NCBI GenBank assembly: GCA_022396035.1
Contig: JAIOXO010000001.1
Coordinates: forward strand, 129,769-193,768
Length of the DNA stretch: 64,000 bases
Direction: 5' to 3'
Source: Actinomycetes bacterium
GTDB taxonomy: Bacteria > Actinomycetota > Humimicrobiia > Humimicrobiales > Humimicrobiaceae
Shown here: piece after piece, positions 1-12,840 of the stretch
How positions within the stretch are numbered: the stretch's first letter is position 1
How the letters are laid out: each line of letters opens with the position of its first letter
Position numbers and translations under genes: made by a program
The notes under the pieces: model-generated
The model's database searches: none
Told to the model about the DNA's origin: nothing
Seen by the model: only the letters and a program-made list of their open reading frames with translations

Positions 1-1530
1 GGGAAGGCAATCCTTGTATATGAACTTAGCCAGTGGGTGGAAGGTATTGATCCTGGTTGCCACAACCTGGGATATGATACAGTAAAATCCTTTAATGATG
101 ATAGGTTTGCAAGGGCTCTGGACAAATTATATCTAGCAGACCAGGCAACCCTTATGACAGAAATTGTGGTTAAAATGATAAAAAAAGTGGGTCTTGCTAT
201 GGGAAAGGTGCACAATGATTCTACTACAGTAAAAACTTACGGAAAAGTTTCAAGAAAAGCCAAGACAGGCCTAAAGATGACCAATGGAAAGAGCAAAGAA
301 TATAGACCTTATCTAAAACAATTGGTATTTAGATTAACTATACCTCAGACGGGGCAGTTCCCATACACTACAAAACATATCCTGGAAACAGAACTGATGA
401 TACCACCCATATAGAAACCTGGAACTACTTAAAAGCTATTATAGGCAGCAGCAATTTTACCTATGTAGCAGACTGCAAGGTAAGCACCCGGAGGCAGCTC
501 TCCTACATAGTTGAAAATGGGGGAAGGGTAATTACTACTATGCCCAATACCTGGAAAGAAGCAAAGGCCTTCAAAGAAGGCCTATGCTCTTCTAAGATAA
601 AAAGGAAGCTAATCTGGAAGAAAAAAATTGCCAGCACTCAGGAATTTGAATACTATAACCTGTTTTTAGGAGAACATACTACCATAGAGAGTGCTTACAA
701 GATCTACTGGTACTTATTCAGAACAAAGAAAAGGCTTGACCACAACTTAAGGGGTAAAAAGATGGGCAATGCAGAAAAGAAACTTTCAGGCCTTTCTGAA
801 TTGAATAAGAGAAAGTTCAGGGAAGAGGAAAATATAAAAGGTGAAATGGACAGGATATTAAAAACACACAAGGTGGAGGATTTTTTAATTGTAGATATCC
901 TAAAGGAGGAAAATGATGGGGAGAGGCAGGCCAGGGCCTAGTTCAAAATATAAAATACATAAAACAACCCACTACTCCCTATTATGGGAGAAAGACAAAG
1001 AAAGGGTGGCCTGCCAGAAAAAGGTTGACGGGATTTTTCCCTTCTTATTACCGATAGCTTAATTGGCCCCAAAGAGGTGCTTACCTCTTATAGATATCAG
1101 CCTAGGCTGGAGAAAAGATTTAACCAGTTTAACAGTGTACATGAGGCCTCTCCTATACTGTTTAAGAGAATTGAAAGGGTTGAAGGGATAATGTTTCTAT
1201 TCTTTGTACCGCTTAAAATCCAGGGGATAATTGAGAGAAAAGTAAGGCTTTACATGAAGGCAAGAAGCATTAACTCCCTGCTTATCTATCCTTAATACCG
1301 AAAATCTTTTTATCCCACCACTTCCAAGTATTTCTATAACTTTGATGGAATATCTTCGTATAAAATCATAAAAGATTGTAAGCTTGTAACAGAGTTTAAG
1401 AATGAGCTCTCCTCCACCCAGAAGATGATACCTGACCTACTGGATATGGATGAGGACAAATATTGGGAGATGGCAGCAAGTGATATGTGGAAAGAATTAA
1501 TTCAGGATTTTTGCGTTTTTAACTTGCCGA
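1..1530 (+). pseudogene. IS1634/IS4-like DDE transposase, 5'-truncated by the window edge and interrupted by a frameshift and stops
   Basis: ORFs 37..414, 540..941 and 1077..1295 are consecutive pieces of one transposase. Frame 1 switches to frame 3 near 365-370 (..YPGNRTDDTTHIETWNYLKAIIGSSNFTYVADCKVSTRRQLSYIVENGGRVITTMPNTWKEAKAF reads across the 415-540 gap in frame 3). A stop follows 941 and the reading frame resumes at 1077. The N-terminal DDRFARALDKLY motif is typical of IS1634-family transposases. Confidence 0.5.
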
Positions 1531-1593
1531 AAGTAAGATATAATATGCATTAAAGTTTTATTTAATTTAAAAATTTTTTTTATTTTAATTTAA

Positions 1594-2400
1594 ATGGATA
1601 ACCAAAAGATAATTGAAGTTAAAAACCTATGCTATAAGTATCTTACCAGCAGAAGATTGGATGGAGGTTTTAGCAGTTACAGGGAAGTTTTAAAAGAAAT
1701 CAATTTTTCTGTCGAAAGGGGAGAAAAATTATCCATAATCGGTCCTAATGGTGCAGGAAAGTCAACTTTAATGCTGAATATTGCCGGTCTTATGGATGGA
1801 AAGTGCCGGTCGGGTGAAATATTTATATATGGCAAGAAATTAAATGAAAAGAATATTTATGATATCAGGGAAAAGATAGGATTTGTATTCCAGGACCCAA
1901 ATGACCAGTTGTTTTCAATAAAAGTTTTTGCTGATGTATCCTTTGGCCTTATAAATTATTTAAATAAAAAGAAAGACAGACGTGCTAAAAACAGGCAGTA
2001 TATAGAGGAAATTGTAAGAATTAGCTTAAGAAAAGTAAATCTGGGGAATATAGAGGATGAGATTCCCCATTTCTTGAGTTTTGGAGAAAAGAAACTTGTT
2101 TCTCTGGCTACAGTGCTATCTTATGATCCCGAAATACTGATTTTAGATGAGCCTTCAAGCAATCTTGACCCCAGAAATAGAGCTAACTTTATAAAGCTAA
2201 TTAAAGAAATGAATAAAACCACAATTATTGCTACCCATGATCTTGATTTGGCTTACGATTTTTCGGATAGGTGCATAATATTAAACCAGGGAGAGGTAGT
2301 ATTTGACGGCGATTCAAAAAAGATTTTAAATGAACGAGATTTTTTAAGGAATAATAGTCTGGATCTACCTTTATGCTTGAGAAAAACCGGCTGTATTTAG
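1594..2400 (+). CDS. ABC transporter ATP-binding protein (ECF/CbiO-type), orphan with no permease adjacent
   Basis: Walker A GPNGAGKST; ABC signature LSFGEKKLVSLA; Walker B ILILDEPSSNLD. An AT-rich promoter-like region lies at 1540-1593. Confidence 0.85.
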   Translation: MDNQKIIEVKNLCYKYLTSRRLDGGFSSYREVLKEINFSVERGEKLSIIGPNGAGKSTLMLNIAGLMDGKCRSGEIFIYGKKLNEKNIYDIREKIGFVFQDPNDQLFSIKVFADVSFGLINYLNKKKDRRAKNRQYIEEIVRISLRKVNLGNIEDEIPHFLSFGEKKLVSLATVLSYDPEILILDEPSSNLDPRNRANFIKLIKEMNKTTIIATHDLDLAYDFSDRCIILNQGEVVFDGDSKKILNERDFLRNNSLDLPLCLRKTGCI

Positions 2401-2506
2401 TGCCAAAATAAAGATTAACAGGTCTAGCCTTCTATTTTAACAATGATGTCACCTGCTGCTGAGGGTTATTTATGTAACTTGTAGTAAATTTTATAAGATA
2501 CATTTT

Positions 2507-3223
2507 TTAATATGCTTGCCCATTTTTAGCTATAAACAGTTTAAAGACGTCACCTAAAGCCAGGTTTTCTTCCCTTACTATTACCATTCCCACTTTCTTA
2601 ATATTTTGCCCCGTGTCCCTGTTTATGTTTATGCCTGTTAAAAGCCTGGTTATGGGATTAAGCAAATCCTGCAGGAAGGAAGCCAGCCTTCCCTTGCTCC
2701 TAACATGTTCAATCATAACTGCTCTTCCTTCCGGTTTTAACACCCTTTGAATTTCTTTAAGCCCTTTTACCGGATGGGGAACAGAGCAGAAAACAGTGCT
2801 GGTAATAACGTAATCAAAACTCTTAGATTCAAAAGCCAGATTTTCTACATCCATTTCGGCTAAAACAATATTCCTTCTGTTTGAGCCAGCAAGTTTTTTG
2901 CGGGCCCTATCAAGCATTCCTGCCGAAAAATCTATGCCTGTAACCTCTGCATCAGGGTGGTAATAATTAATGTTCTTGCCGGTGCCAATTCCCACATCTA
3001 AAATCTTTCCTGTAAGGGCTGAGAAATATTTTTTCCTCAGCCTAGAATAAAATAAATATTCCAGGGGAAATTCTACAAAGTCATAGAATCTTGCATTACG
3101 GTTATATTTTTTTTGTGATTTTAAAGCTTGCTCCACTTCATTCAACCTAAAACCCCTATAGCCATGCCCATTATAAATATGCTTTAACCCCAAGCCCATA
3201 TCCAATAGAGATAAATATTCCAC
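2507..3223 (-). CDS. Class I SAM-dependent methyltransferase
   Basis: Motif I ILDVGIGTGKN; GIDFSAGMLDRARKK; LKPEGRAVMIEH; typical Methyltransf_11/25 layout. Confidence 0.8.
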   Translation of the reverse strand: MEYLSLLDMGLGLKHIYNGHGYRGFRLNEVEQALKSQKKYNRNARFYDFVEFPLEYLFYSRLRKKYFSALTGKILDVGIGTGKNINYYHPDAEVTGIDFSAGMLDRARKKLAGSNRRNIVLAEMDVENLAFESKSFDYVITSTVFCSVPHPVKGLKEIQRVLKPEGRAVMIEHVRSKGRLASFLQDLLNPITRLLTGININRDTGQNIKKVGMVIVREENLALGDVFKLFIAKNGQAY

Positions 3224-3263
3224 GTCTTTAAACGCCTGTCTAATAACTTCCCCGGGCTTGCTT

Positions 3264-4082
3264 TTATTTATTAACCAGTTTATTCATGCTTCCCATACGG
3301 TAGCCATCAATATCCAGGGTTACATAAAGGTAGCCCTGATTCTTAAACTCACGTATTACATCTTCTGTTAAACTTCTATCTAAAAACTTTCCCAGTTCTT
3401 TTGACTGCACTTCTATCCTCGCTATACTGCCATGGTGCCTCACCCTTACTTGGGTAAATCCTTTATCTAACAGGAATGTTTCCAGTTTATCAATAATCCT
3501 TAACAGACGTTCGGTTATTTTGGTCCCGTAAGCTATCCTGCTTGCAAGGCAAGCAGAAGAAGGTCTGTCCCAGCCAGCAAGCCCCGTTTGCCTGGATAAA
3601 ATTCTTATCTCCTGTTTGCTTAGGTGGCAATATTTTAGAGGGCTCCTTACCCCCAATTGCTGGGCAGCCTTAGTGCCAGGCCTGTAATCTGAAATATCGT
3701 CCCAATTCTGCCCGTCCAGAACATTAGATATATTGTATTTCTTAGCTATTTCAATTATCTTCCCAAGCTCCCCGATTTTGCAGTAATAGCACCTTAGACG
3801 GTCATTATTTACAAAATTTGGGCCTTCAAGCCCGCTTTCTACCACCACATGCCTTACATGGTGTTTTTCTACAAATTCTGAGGCCCTATCCATATCCCTC
3901 CGGGGAGAAGAAGGAGATTTTAAGGTAATAGCCAAAACTTTTTTGCCCAAAACATCCGATGCTACTTTTACCAGGAAAGAGCTGTCTACCCCTCCAGAAA
4001 AGGCGACTGCCGCCCTTTCCATGGCTTTAAGCTCTGCTTTTAGCTTTAGAAATTTTTCCTCCGTAGTCTGCCTATCAGGCAC
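3264..4082 (-). CDS. LarE-family PP-loop ATP pyrophosphatase / ATP-dependent sulfur transferase
   Basis: PP-loop AVAFSGGVDSS. A LarE-like PSSACLASR motif contains the candidate sulfur-donor Cys. Additional Cys pair CYYCK. TIGR00268-like architecture. Overlaps or sits tight against neighbouring sulfur genes. Confidence 0.7.
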   Translation of the reverse strand: MPDRQTTEEKFLKLKAELKAMERAAVAFSGGVDSSFLVKVASDVLGKKVLAITLKSPSSPRRDMDRASEFVEKHHVRHVVVESGLEGPNFVNNDRLRCYYCKIGELGKIIEIAKKYNISNVLDGQNWDDISDYRPGTKAAQQLGVRSPLKYCHLSKQEIRILSRQTGLAGWDRPSSACLASRIAYGTKITERLLRIIDKLETFLLDKGFTQVRVRHHGSIARIEVQSKELGKFLDRSLTEDVIREFKNQGYLYVTLDIDGYRMGSMNKLVNK

Positions 4083-4100
4083 TTTTATCCGCCTTCCCTC

Positions 4101-5237
4101 CTATGTTAAAGCCCCCCTTATATCATTCTTTAAGTCTACCTTATTCTCTATTCCCACCGAAAGCCTTACCAGGTTATCATTAATTTGCCTTTCTTTTCTC
4201 TGGGCTGCTGAAAAAGCTGCATGGGTCATCCTGGGAGGATAGCATACCAGGGACTCTACTCCCCCTAAACTTTCTGCCAGCAGGAAAAGCTTAAGTTTTG
4301 ATATAAAGCTTTTTACTTCCTGGTACCCCCCTTTAAGCTCCAGGCTTATCATTGCCCCAAAGCCGCTCATCTGCCTGGAAGCAATATCATAATACCTGCT
4401 TTCAGGCAGCCCAGGATAGTATAATTTTTCTACTTTGGGATGCCTGTTAAGGTAATCTGCCAGGTACAGGGCATTTTTTTCATGCTCCCTCATCCTCACT
4501 GCCAGTGTTTTTATTCCCCTAATTGCCAGCCAGCAATCCCAGGGCCCGGGGATTGCACCAGCCGCATTCTGGTAAAACTTTAAGCGATTATGAATTCCCC
4601 TGTCTGAGGTAACTACTGCGCCTCCTACAATATCGCTATGACCGGATAAGTATTTAGTGGTGCTGTGCACCACTATATCTGCTCCCAAGGCCAATGGCTT
4701 CTGGAAATAAGGGGTGGCAAAGGTATTATCCACTGCCAGCATAATTTTTTTATCCCTGGCCAGGGTAGACAGCTTGCAGAGGTCGACTATCTTTAGCAGG
4801 GGATTAGTAGGAGTCTCCACCCAGATAAGCCTGGTATTTTTTTTCAGAGCTTTTTTAAAGCTTCCCATATCATCTACATTAGCATAGCTGGCCTTAAGAC
4901 CCCAGGGTGCAAAAACTTTTTCTATCAGGCGGTAGGTCCCCCCATATATGTCATCACCCACTACCACATGGTCCCCTGTTGAGAGCAAGCTGAACACGGC
5001 AGCTGTAGCCGCTACGCCCGAAGAGAAAGCAAGTCCATATTTTCCGCCCTCCAGTGAAGCCACCAGTTTTTGCAGTATATCTCTGGTGGGGTTACCGGTC
5101 CGCGAGTATTCATATCCCTTGTGTTTGCCAATTTCTTCCTGCTGGTAAGTAGAAGTCTGGTACACAGGGGTAGTCACCGCCCCTGTCAGAGGGTCAGGCT
5201 GCTGGCTGGAATGTATGGCTTTGGTCTCAAATTTCAT
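4101..5237 (-). CDS. Cys/Met-metabolism PLP enzyme, cystathionine gamma-lyase/gamma-synthase family (MccB/MetB-like)
   Basis: PLP-lysine motif STTKYLSGHSD. Full-length similarity to the Cys_Met_Meta_PP family. Overlaps the upstream CBS gene by 11 nt (translational coupling). Confidence 0.85.
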   Translation of the reverse strand: MKFETKAIHSSQQPDPLTGAVTTPVYQTSTYQQEEIGKHKGYEYSRTGNPTRDILQKLVASLEGGKYGLAFSSGVAATAAVFSLLSTGDHVVVGDDIYGGTYRLIEKVFAPWGLKASYANVDDMGSFKKALKKNTRLIWVETPTNPLLKIVDLCKLSTLARDKKIMLAVDNTFATPYFQKPLALGADIVVHSTTKYLSGHSDIVGGAVVTSDRGIHNRLKFYQNAAGAIPGPWDCWLAIRGIKTLAVRMREHEKNALYLADYLNRHPKVEKLYYPGLPESRYYDIASRQMSGFGAMISLELKGGYQEVKSFISKLKLFLLAESLGGVESLVCYPPRMTHAAFSAAQRKERQINDNLVRLSVGIENKVDLKNDIRGALT

Positions 5238-6597
5238 GGTTTCTCCTGTAAGACCAGTAGTTTATCAAATCAACCCTGGTAATTACCCCCACCGGGTTAT
5301 GGTTGCTGGCAACCACTATGGCAGTGTTGCCGGATAAAAGAATCCTGTAGGCTTCCAGCATATCAACATCCTGTTCCAGCATGGGAAGTGGACTTCCCAT
5401 AACTGAAGAAGCCTTTATATTCTCAAAATCTGTGCCATCATGCAATAACTTCATAACAGAAGCCTCATCCAAGCCTCCTGCCACCTGCTTCCCATCTATA
5501 ACCGGAAGCTGGGATATATTAAACTTTTGCATAAGCTTTACCGCTTTAGCCAGTGTATTCTGCGGGGTAACCGCTATTAATGCAGGAAAATTCCTCTTGT
5601 GGCCCATAACTTCCTTAATCCTGGTTGTTCTTGCCGCTTTACCCTCCCAAAACTCATTTTCCTTCATCCATTGGTCAGAAAAAATCTTTGTTAAATAGTT
5701 CCTTCCTGTATCCGGCAAAAGCACTACTATGTATTTGGGGTTTTTTAACCTACGGGCATAGCTTAAGGCACCTGCAACAGCAGTGCCTGATGACCCCCCT
5801 ACCAGCAAACCTTCTTCCCTGGCAAGGCGGCGAGCGGTATTAAAAGAATTTTTATCGCTAACCCTTACCATATGGTCAACTAATTGCCGGTTAAAGGTTT
5901 TAGGTATAAAATCCTCCCCTATCCCCTCTACCATGTATGACTTGGGGCTGTCACCGGAAAGTATGGAGCCTTCCGGATCCGCGCCTACAATCTCTATATC
6001 CGGATTTTTCTCTTTTAAGTATGCCGATACACCCGAAATAGTTCCCCCTGTACCCATGCCAGCCACGAATATCTCTACCTTTCCGGCAGAATCTTCCCAT
6101 ATTTCCGGCCCGGTAGTAAGATAATGTGCCCGGGGATTATTAGGGTTTTCAAACTGGTGGGGGCGGTATGCTCCCGGAAGCTCTTTGGCTAGCCTTCCTG
6201 CTACCCCGTTATAGCTTTCAGGAGAGTCCGGGGGAACCGAGGTGGGGACAATAACCACCTCTGCCCCATAACTTCTTAGCAGGCTGATTTTATCTCCGCT
6301 CATCTTATCAGGCATTACAAAAATGGTCCTATACCCTTTAATGGCTGCCGCCATAGCCAAGCCAACTCCGGTATTTCCTGCTGTAGCTTCAACAATGGTG
6401 CCTCCCGGCTTAAGGTGCCCATCTTTTTCTGCTGCTTCTATCATCTGCAGCGCTATCCTGTCTTTTACGCTTCCTCCCGGGTTAAGTGACTCAAGCTTTA
6501 CATATATGGTTGATTTTATGTTTTCTGTTATCCGGTTAAGCTTAACCAGGGGAGTTCTGCCGATTGCTTCAAGCACATTATTAAATTCTTTTCTCAT
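5227..6597 (-). CDS. Cystathionine beta-synthase (PALP domain plus C-terminal CBS-domain pair)
   Basis: The N-terminus RTPLVKLNRI..SVKDR and the Gly-rich loop GGTIVEATAGNTG are typical of CysK/CBS-fold enzymes. Two C-terminal CBS domains. Confidence 0.85.
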   Translation of the reverse strand: MRKEFNNVLEAIGRTPLVKLNRITENIKSTIYVKLESLNPGGSVKDRIALQMIEAAEKDGHLKPGGTIVEATAGNTGVGLAMAAAIKGYRTIFVMPDKMSGDKISLLRSYGAEVVIVPTSVPPDSPESYNGVAGRLAKELPGAYRPHQFENPNNPRAHYLTTGPEIWEDSAGKVEIFVAGMGTGGTISGVSAYLKEKNPDIEIVGADPEGSILSGDSPKSYMVEGIGEDFIPKTFNRQLVDHMVRVSDKNSFNTARRLAREEGLLVGGSSGTAVAGALSYARRLKNPKYIVVLLPDTGRNYLTKIFSDQWMKENEFWEGKAARTTRIKEVMGHKRNFPALIAVTPQNTLAKAVKLMQKFNISQLPVIDGKQVAGGLDEASVMKLLHDGTDFENIKASSVMGSPLPMLEQDVDMLEAYRILLSGNTAIVVASNHNPVGVITRVDLINYWSYRRNHEI

Positions 6598-7739
6598 GCC
6601 TCTTCTCCCCGCAGCCTTAAGGCATCATGCAAAAGGCTGTTTCCGTCACACTTGTAACAGTGGTTTTCATCTCCCCGGGGAATGCCAGAACTTTCTACAA
6701 TGTCCGCAGCTTCCAGGATTGTTTCCACAAACCATCTGCCTGCCGGGGGGCGGTGGCCTTCAAATCCTGACCCGGGATTGGGTGACCATACAAAAGGAAC
6801 CACATTAGCCCCCAGGCTGGTAACCGCCCTGACTCCTTCCAAAAATGTTTTTTTGGTCTCAATCCCCATAACAAATACGCCATATACGTTTCCTTCGCCA
6901 AATATTTTAACCGCAGCCCTTATGGACCTTAGAAAATCCTGGTGGCTGGTGCTTCCGGACTTGCCGGGACAGATTGCCTTATACAAAGCCTGGTCCCATA
7001 TTTCCATGGAAAAGCCAATTGACTCTATGCCGGTATCATAATACCTTTTTATTTCGTCCTCTCCCCGCGGTGGAGAGGGAAGTATTGTCCCCGGCACCCG
7101 GTCAAAACCAGTATGTTTTTTAATAGAATTTACAATTGCAGAAACCATCTCAATTTCTTTCTGGTGGCTAAAGCACCCTCCTGTGAGCAGGACATGCTTT
7201 ACCATGCCTTCTGAGAAGGCTTCCCGGGCTACTTCACCTATATCTTTTATATCTTTTTTCTTTAGCACAGCCTTATAAGTCCTAAAAGTTGAATTAAGGT
7301 TGCAAAAAAGGCATTGCTTGCCCTTGGCAAAATGACTGCAATAGTTCTGGTAACAGAAAAAAAGGCAATCCTGGCCGCCAATTTGCCCAATTTTAACCAT
7401 TTTCTGGTTGCTGCCGGTTTTCTTGCTGTAATATTTAGGCCTTAAAATCCATTCCAGCCTGCATATATCTTTTCCCCTGTAGCTAAGCATTAGCCCCTCC
7501 GTTGTTAAATCAGCCTTATACGGGGAGGCGCTGTTTTTTCTAAATTGGACAGTGGTGCCGTCAGGCAGCACAAAATCATCGGGAAGCAGCATCTGGGCAT
7601 GGTCTTCAAAATCCCACCCGAAAAGACCGTGGTTTTGCTCCTTATATATTTCACCCACCCCTTCAAGGGCCTGGGGAGTAGCCTGTATTCCCTCCACCAG
7701 CAACTCCGCCTTAATGTTTAAATACTTATACTTATCCAT
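6594..7739 (-). CDS. Cys-rich Fe-S / radical-SAM-like protein with a non-canonical cysteine motif, function unknown
   Basis: Cluster CLFFCYQNYCSHFAKGKQCLFC (Cx3Cx4Cx9Cx2C) instead of CxxxCxxC. A Gly-rich HVLLTGG resembles a SAM-binding GGE element. Extra C-terminal Cys pair CYKCDG. Embedded between metY and CBS with 4-nt overlaps. Confidence 0.4.
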   Translation of the reverse strand: MDKYKYLNIKAELLVEGIQATPQALEGVGEIYKEQNHGLFGWDFEDHAQMLLPDDFVLPDGTTVQFRKNSASPYKADLTTEGLMLSYRGKDICRLEWILRPKYYSKKTGSNQKMVKIGQIGGQDCLFFCYQNYCSHFAKGKQCLFCNLNSTFRTYKAVLKKKDIKDIGEVAREAFSEGMVKHVLLTGGCFSHQKEIEMVSAIVNSIKKHTGFDRVPGTILPSPPRGEDEIKRYYDTGIESIGFSMEIWDQALYKAICPGKSGSTSHQDFLRSIRAAVKIFGEGNVYGVFVMGIETKKTFLEGVRAVTSLGANVVPFVWSPNPGSGFEGHRPPAGRWFVETILEAADIVESSGIPRGDENHCYKCDGNSLLHDALRLRGEEA

Positions 7740-7765
7740 CTTATATGCCTCCAGGTTAAATTTGG

Positions 7766-9570
<1,805 letters not shown>

Positions 9571-9614
9571 AGTACTTCTTATAACACTACTATTCTTATT
9601 ATTTCAATATGTTT

Positions 9615-9650
9615 AGTAAGGATTATAATAGTTTAAAATACAATGTCAAG
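9615..9650 (-). promoter_or_regulatory. Sigma-A-type promoter for the Rrf2-metY sulfur operon
   Basis: On the minus strand: TTGACA (9649..9644), a 16-17-nt spacer, TATAAT (9627..9622); about 50 nt upstream of the Rrf2 start codon. Confidence 0.45.
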
Positions 9651-9779
9651 AAAAATAGGCAATTCTACCGTCTATGCCCTTTATATTTGGTATATTATGC
9701 CAGTATCAATTAATTTCTTTTTTAGATGCTTGCAGCCACCTGTAGCCGGGTAAGCCTAAAGATTAACTGCAGGTTTTAA

Positions 9780-10365
9780 CCGGCAAGTCTTCTTTCTACA
9801 AATTCATACTCTTTTCGTTACTGGGGGATAAACGGGTGGGTAACCTTAAATGTTTTTCTACCGGTGCCACACGGTGTAGTTGAGAACCTATGTGAAAGGG
9901 AAAATTGAGAGGCCTTACAGGTGGATACAGGACAGGATTGTAAAGACCTGTGCCCGGGAAGGAATAAGTGATATTACAGGTGCCCAGAGAGTTTCTAAAA
10001 AAAGAGATATCAAGGTATAACTACAGGCAGGTCCATTCCACTACCGGCGAGATTCCTTATCTAAGATTTCGAAGAGCACTTGAGGAAAAAGTCTCCCTTT
10101 TCAGGGAATTTTGTCTTATGTCCCCGCGCATAAGTCCACAAAAGATATCTTTGCACTCAGGCTTGACAGGATTATTGGTCCCTACAGAAAGATATCCATA
10201 AATAATCTTGAAATTGCCGTAAACGGCAAGCCTAGGCACTCTGTAAATGGACGTATCTATCCACTTAATACCCAGTTCTCCGAACTGAGGTTCTGGTCGG
10301 ATAAAGAGCTTATCGACGTTAAAAAGATCAAAAATAGTGACCTAAAAGCGGTTCACTTTTAAATC
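9780..10365 (+). pseudogene. ISNCY/IS481-like transposase remnant (C-terminal part only)
   Basis: ORFs 9968..10201 and 10111..10362 in different frames. YNYRQVHSTTGEIPYLRF matches the end of an rve integrase core (YNxxRPHSALG..P..F). No N-terminal part. Neighbouring DNA lacks long ORFs. Confidence 0.45.
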
Positions 10366-10940
10366 ATAAAGTGTTCACTTTTAAAAAATTGCTAACATGC
10401 TTAATTCTTCTATTCTATTTGTGTAAATTAAATATCCCTAAAATATTACTGATAGTATAAACTCAAAAAAAATTTATTGACTTTGAGAAAAATCTAAAAT
10501 CCATGCCATAGTGTATAGAAACAACCACCGCTACCATGGCCTTGAAAATCTTTCCAATATGTTTGGGGAAACTAAGAAAACTCACCTTGCGGAATACCAA
10601 GATTAATCCAGTTGATTACAAAATCCTTTCCAACTACCTTGACCCAATAGACGAGATAGACAAAAAAATAAAGGATATTGACCGTTTAAAAGCATTGTGG
10701 CTTATAAAAGCCAAGATACAGTAGTTTTAAAGCATTTATTATCTTTTGCTTCTAAATATTACCCCCACTTATAATAGAATCCGCAAGACATCTATAAACT
10801 TATTTATATAAGAACTAAATTTATCATTAAATCTTTTCTGGTATATTACTAAAGACACCCTTTAATCGATAATGCAAAAGTAAAAAAATCTCAAACAAGA
10901 GCATAATCCTATTTATTTATCCATATGAACCTTTTATAAA

Positions 10941-11768
10941 TTAATTCTTTTCAACTACCTCTTTGGGATTGCTAAAATAAAATTTTTTAATAAGCAATGA
11001 AACTACCAATATATATATTACATACCCTGCTGTTTCTAATAAAGAAGGGGAAGGATTATATCCAAAAAGTGACCTTAATATTCCACCAAAGATGCTCTCC
11101 TTACTCAAAACATTTCCGATATCGTAAATATTATCTTTTATTACTGGCATAATCCCAGCTTCCTGGAATTCATGTATGGCTGTAGAAAAAAGGCCCGTAG
11201 CAATTAGCATTACTAATATACCAGTAATTTTAAAGAATGCCCCCAGGTTTACTTTCCTTGTAGACAAGAAAAATATTATTGCCAAAATAATTGAGGACAA
11301 AATTCCAGCAGTTCCCCCTAATATAAGTTCAAAAGAATTTACCTGGTAACTGATAGCCCTAAAAAATAAAACAGTCTCTGCCCCTTCTCTGAATACCACA
11401 ATAAAACCTAAGAAAAAAAGGCTAAATATCCTCCCTTTATCTATTGCTTTTCCTACAGATGCTTCAATATTACCTCTAATGCTTTTGGCTTGTTTATTCA
11501 TCCAAAATATCATATAGGTCAATACTACTACTGCTAGCATCATTACTATGCCCTCAAAGACCTCTTCAACCTTTCCTTCAAATCCCCCCAGCAGGACTTG
11601 AAATATATAGGCAAGCCCTATGCTTAAGACAACTGCTAAGACCGCTCCGTAGATTACATGTTTAACATATTTTTTCTCCCCGATTTTTGTCAGATAACTA
11701 ATTATAATTCCTATGACTAAAAAGGCCTCAAGGCCTTCTCTGAACGCTATAAAAAAACTTGATAACAT
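10941..11768 (-). CDS. FTR1/EfeU-family high-affinity iron permease
   Basis: Two REGLE-type motifs (FREGLEAFLV and FREGAETVLF); 7 TM helices; solitary, with no EfeO/EfeB/P19 partner nearby. Confidence 0.85.
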   Translation of the reverse strand: MLSSFFIAFREGLEAFLVIGIIISYLTKIGEKKYVKHVIYGAVLAVVLSIGLAYIFQVLLGGFEGKVEEVFEGIVMMLAVVVLTYMIFWMNKQAKSIRGNIEASVGKAIDKGRIFSLFFLGFIVVFREGAETVLFFRAISYQVNSFELILGGTAGILSSIILAIIFFLSTRKVNLGAFFKITGILVMLIATGLFSTAIHEFQEAGIMPVIKDNIYDIGNVLSKESIFGGILRSLFGYNPSPSLLETAGYVIYILVVSLLIKKFYFSNPKEVVEKN

Positions 11769-12153
11769 TTTTATTTCCTCCTAATTATAAAATTTAGGTT
11801 TGCCTAACTTTATTATAATAAGCCTGCATTGTCAAATATTATTTTGGGAGTGTCATTTAAAAATTATCTATGAAAATATCTGTCAATAACATTTATTAAA
11901 TATAGAGCTTTAAGCGCTATAAAGTTTATATCCGGCAAAAGCTTTATGTACCTACAATTTATTTACCCTAATTCTTTTTGCCAAGTCCATAATACCCCTT
12001 TTCCCCTATTTGTGCTTCTTCTGTTTTTCGACCTTTACCTAAAAAAAGGCGGACTGATTACTTTGTAGCCCTAATACTGTACACTTCCCTGATCTTAATT
12101 TACGCCTTTGATTTTATAAGGACAGGTTATGTTGATATAGCCGCCTCTTTTTT

Positions 12154-12660
12154 ATGTTTTTGACTCTATATTTGATTTTGATTTTTGGCAGGGATATTAC
12201 CCGACCCAAAATTATGCTGATTACCGTCCTGTGTGCCTCGGCGGCAACCCTTACCAAACAGGCGGGTATGATCCTATTGGTATTTGCCCTCATCTTTATC
12301 ACCCGGCATCTTCTGGGCAGGAAAATAAGGGGTAAGCAGCTTTTCAGCAGGTTGGCTATCCTTTATTCGGTTCTCCTGTTTTCACTGCTATGGTATTTGC
12401 AGACAATATTAGAGATAAACTGGGGCCGGGACGTACCCCAAATTGGCTACCTTGCTGCTGATATACACCCGGGCCGCAACCTTCTGGAAAGGTTTGTGTA
12501 TGGCATAACTAACCTAAACGGGGGCATATTCCTCTTTTCAGCCATTATGGTATTGGCAGTACTGGGAATCGCTTACAGGAAATCCAGGATTATTACCATT
12601 ACCTTAAAAAAAGCTGCCGGTCAAAAGGCCTGGGAACCAGGTTCCTTTCCGGGACAATAG
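12154..12660 (+). CDS. Hypothetical polytopic membrane protein, possibly a fragment
   Basis: Hydrophobic ORF with no recognisable catalytic motif. The upstream 380 nt have no coding potential. Weak resemblance to the C-terminal half of a GT39/GT83-like membrane glycosyltransferase. Confidence 0.25.
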   Translation: MFLTLYLILIFGRDITRPKIMLITVLCASAATLTKQAGMILLVFALIFITRHLLGRKIRGKQLFSRLAILYSVLLFSLLWYLQTILEINWGRDVPQIGYLAADIHPGRNLLERFVYGITNLNGGIFLFSAIMVLAVLGIAYRKSRIITITLKKAAGQKAWEPGSFPGQ

Positions 12661-12840
12661 AGATAATTAAAAAGGAAAATATAAATAGGATCAAACTTAC
12701 CGTAAGCCCTGAAATAAGCAAGCCATAAACCTTTACCATAAGCACGGTTTTAAGTCTAAGGGCCTATATAAAAGCGAATACGGGGAGAGAATAGGCAGGT
12801 TTCTTATAAAACTAAAGCTATAGGTTACCTCAAATTTTTC

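Noticed and set aside
6594-7739. Canonical radical SAM enzyme annotation
   Set aside because: No CxxxCxxC motif. The cysteine spacing is Cx3Cx4Cx9Cx2C, so only a radical-SAM-like or Fe-S call is justified.
10380-10940. Small ORF 10536..10724 and surrounding AT-rich DNA as a possible gene
   Set aside because: No RBS or coding bias. Region interpreted as decayed DNA adjacent to the transposase remnant.
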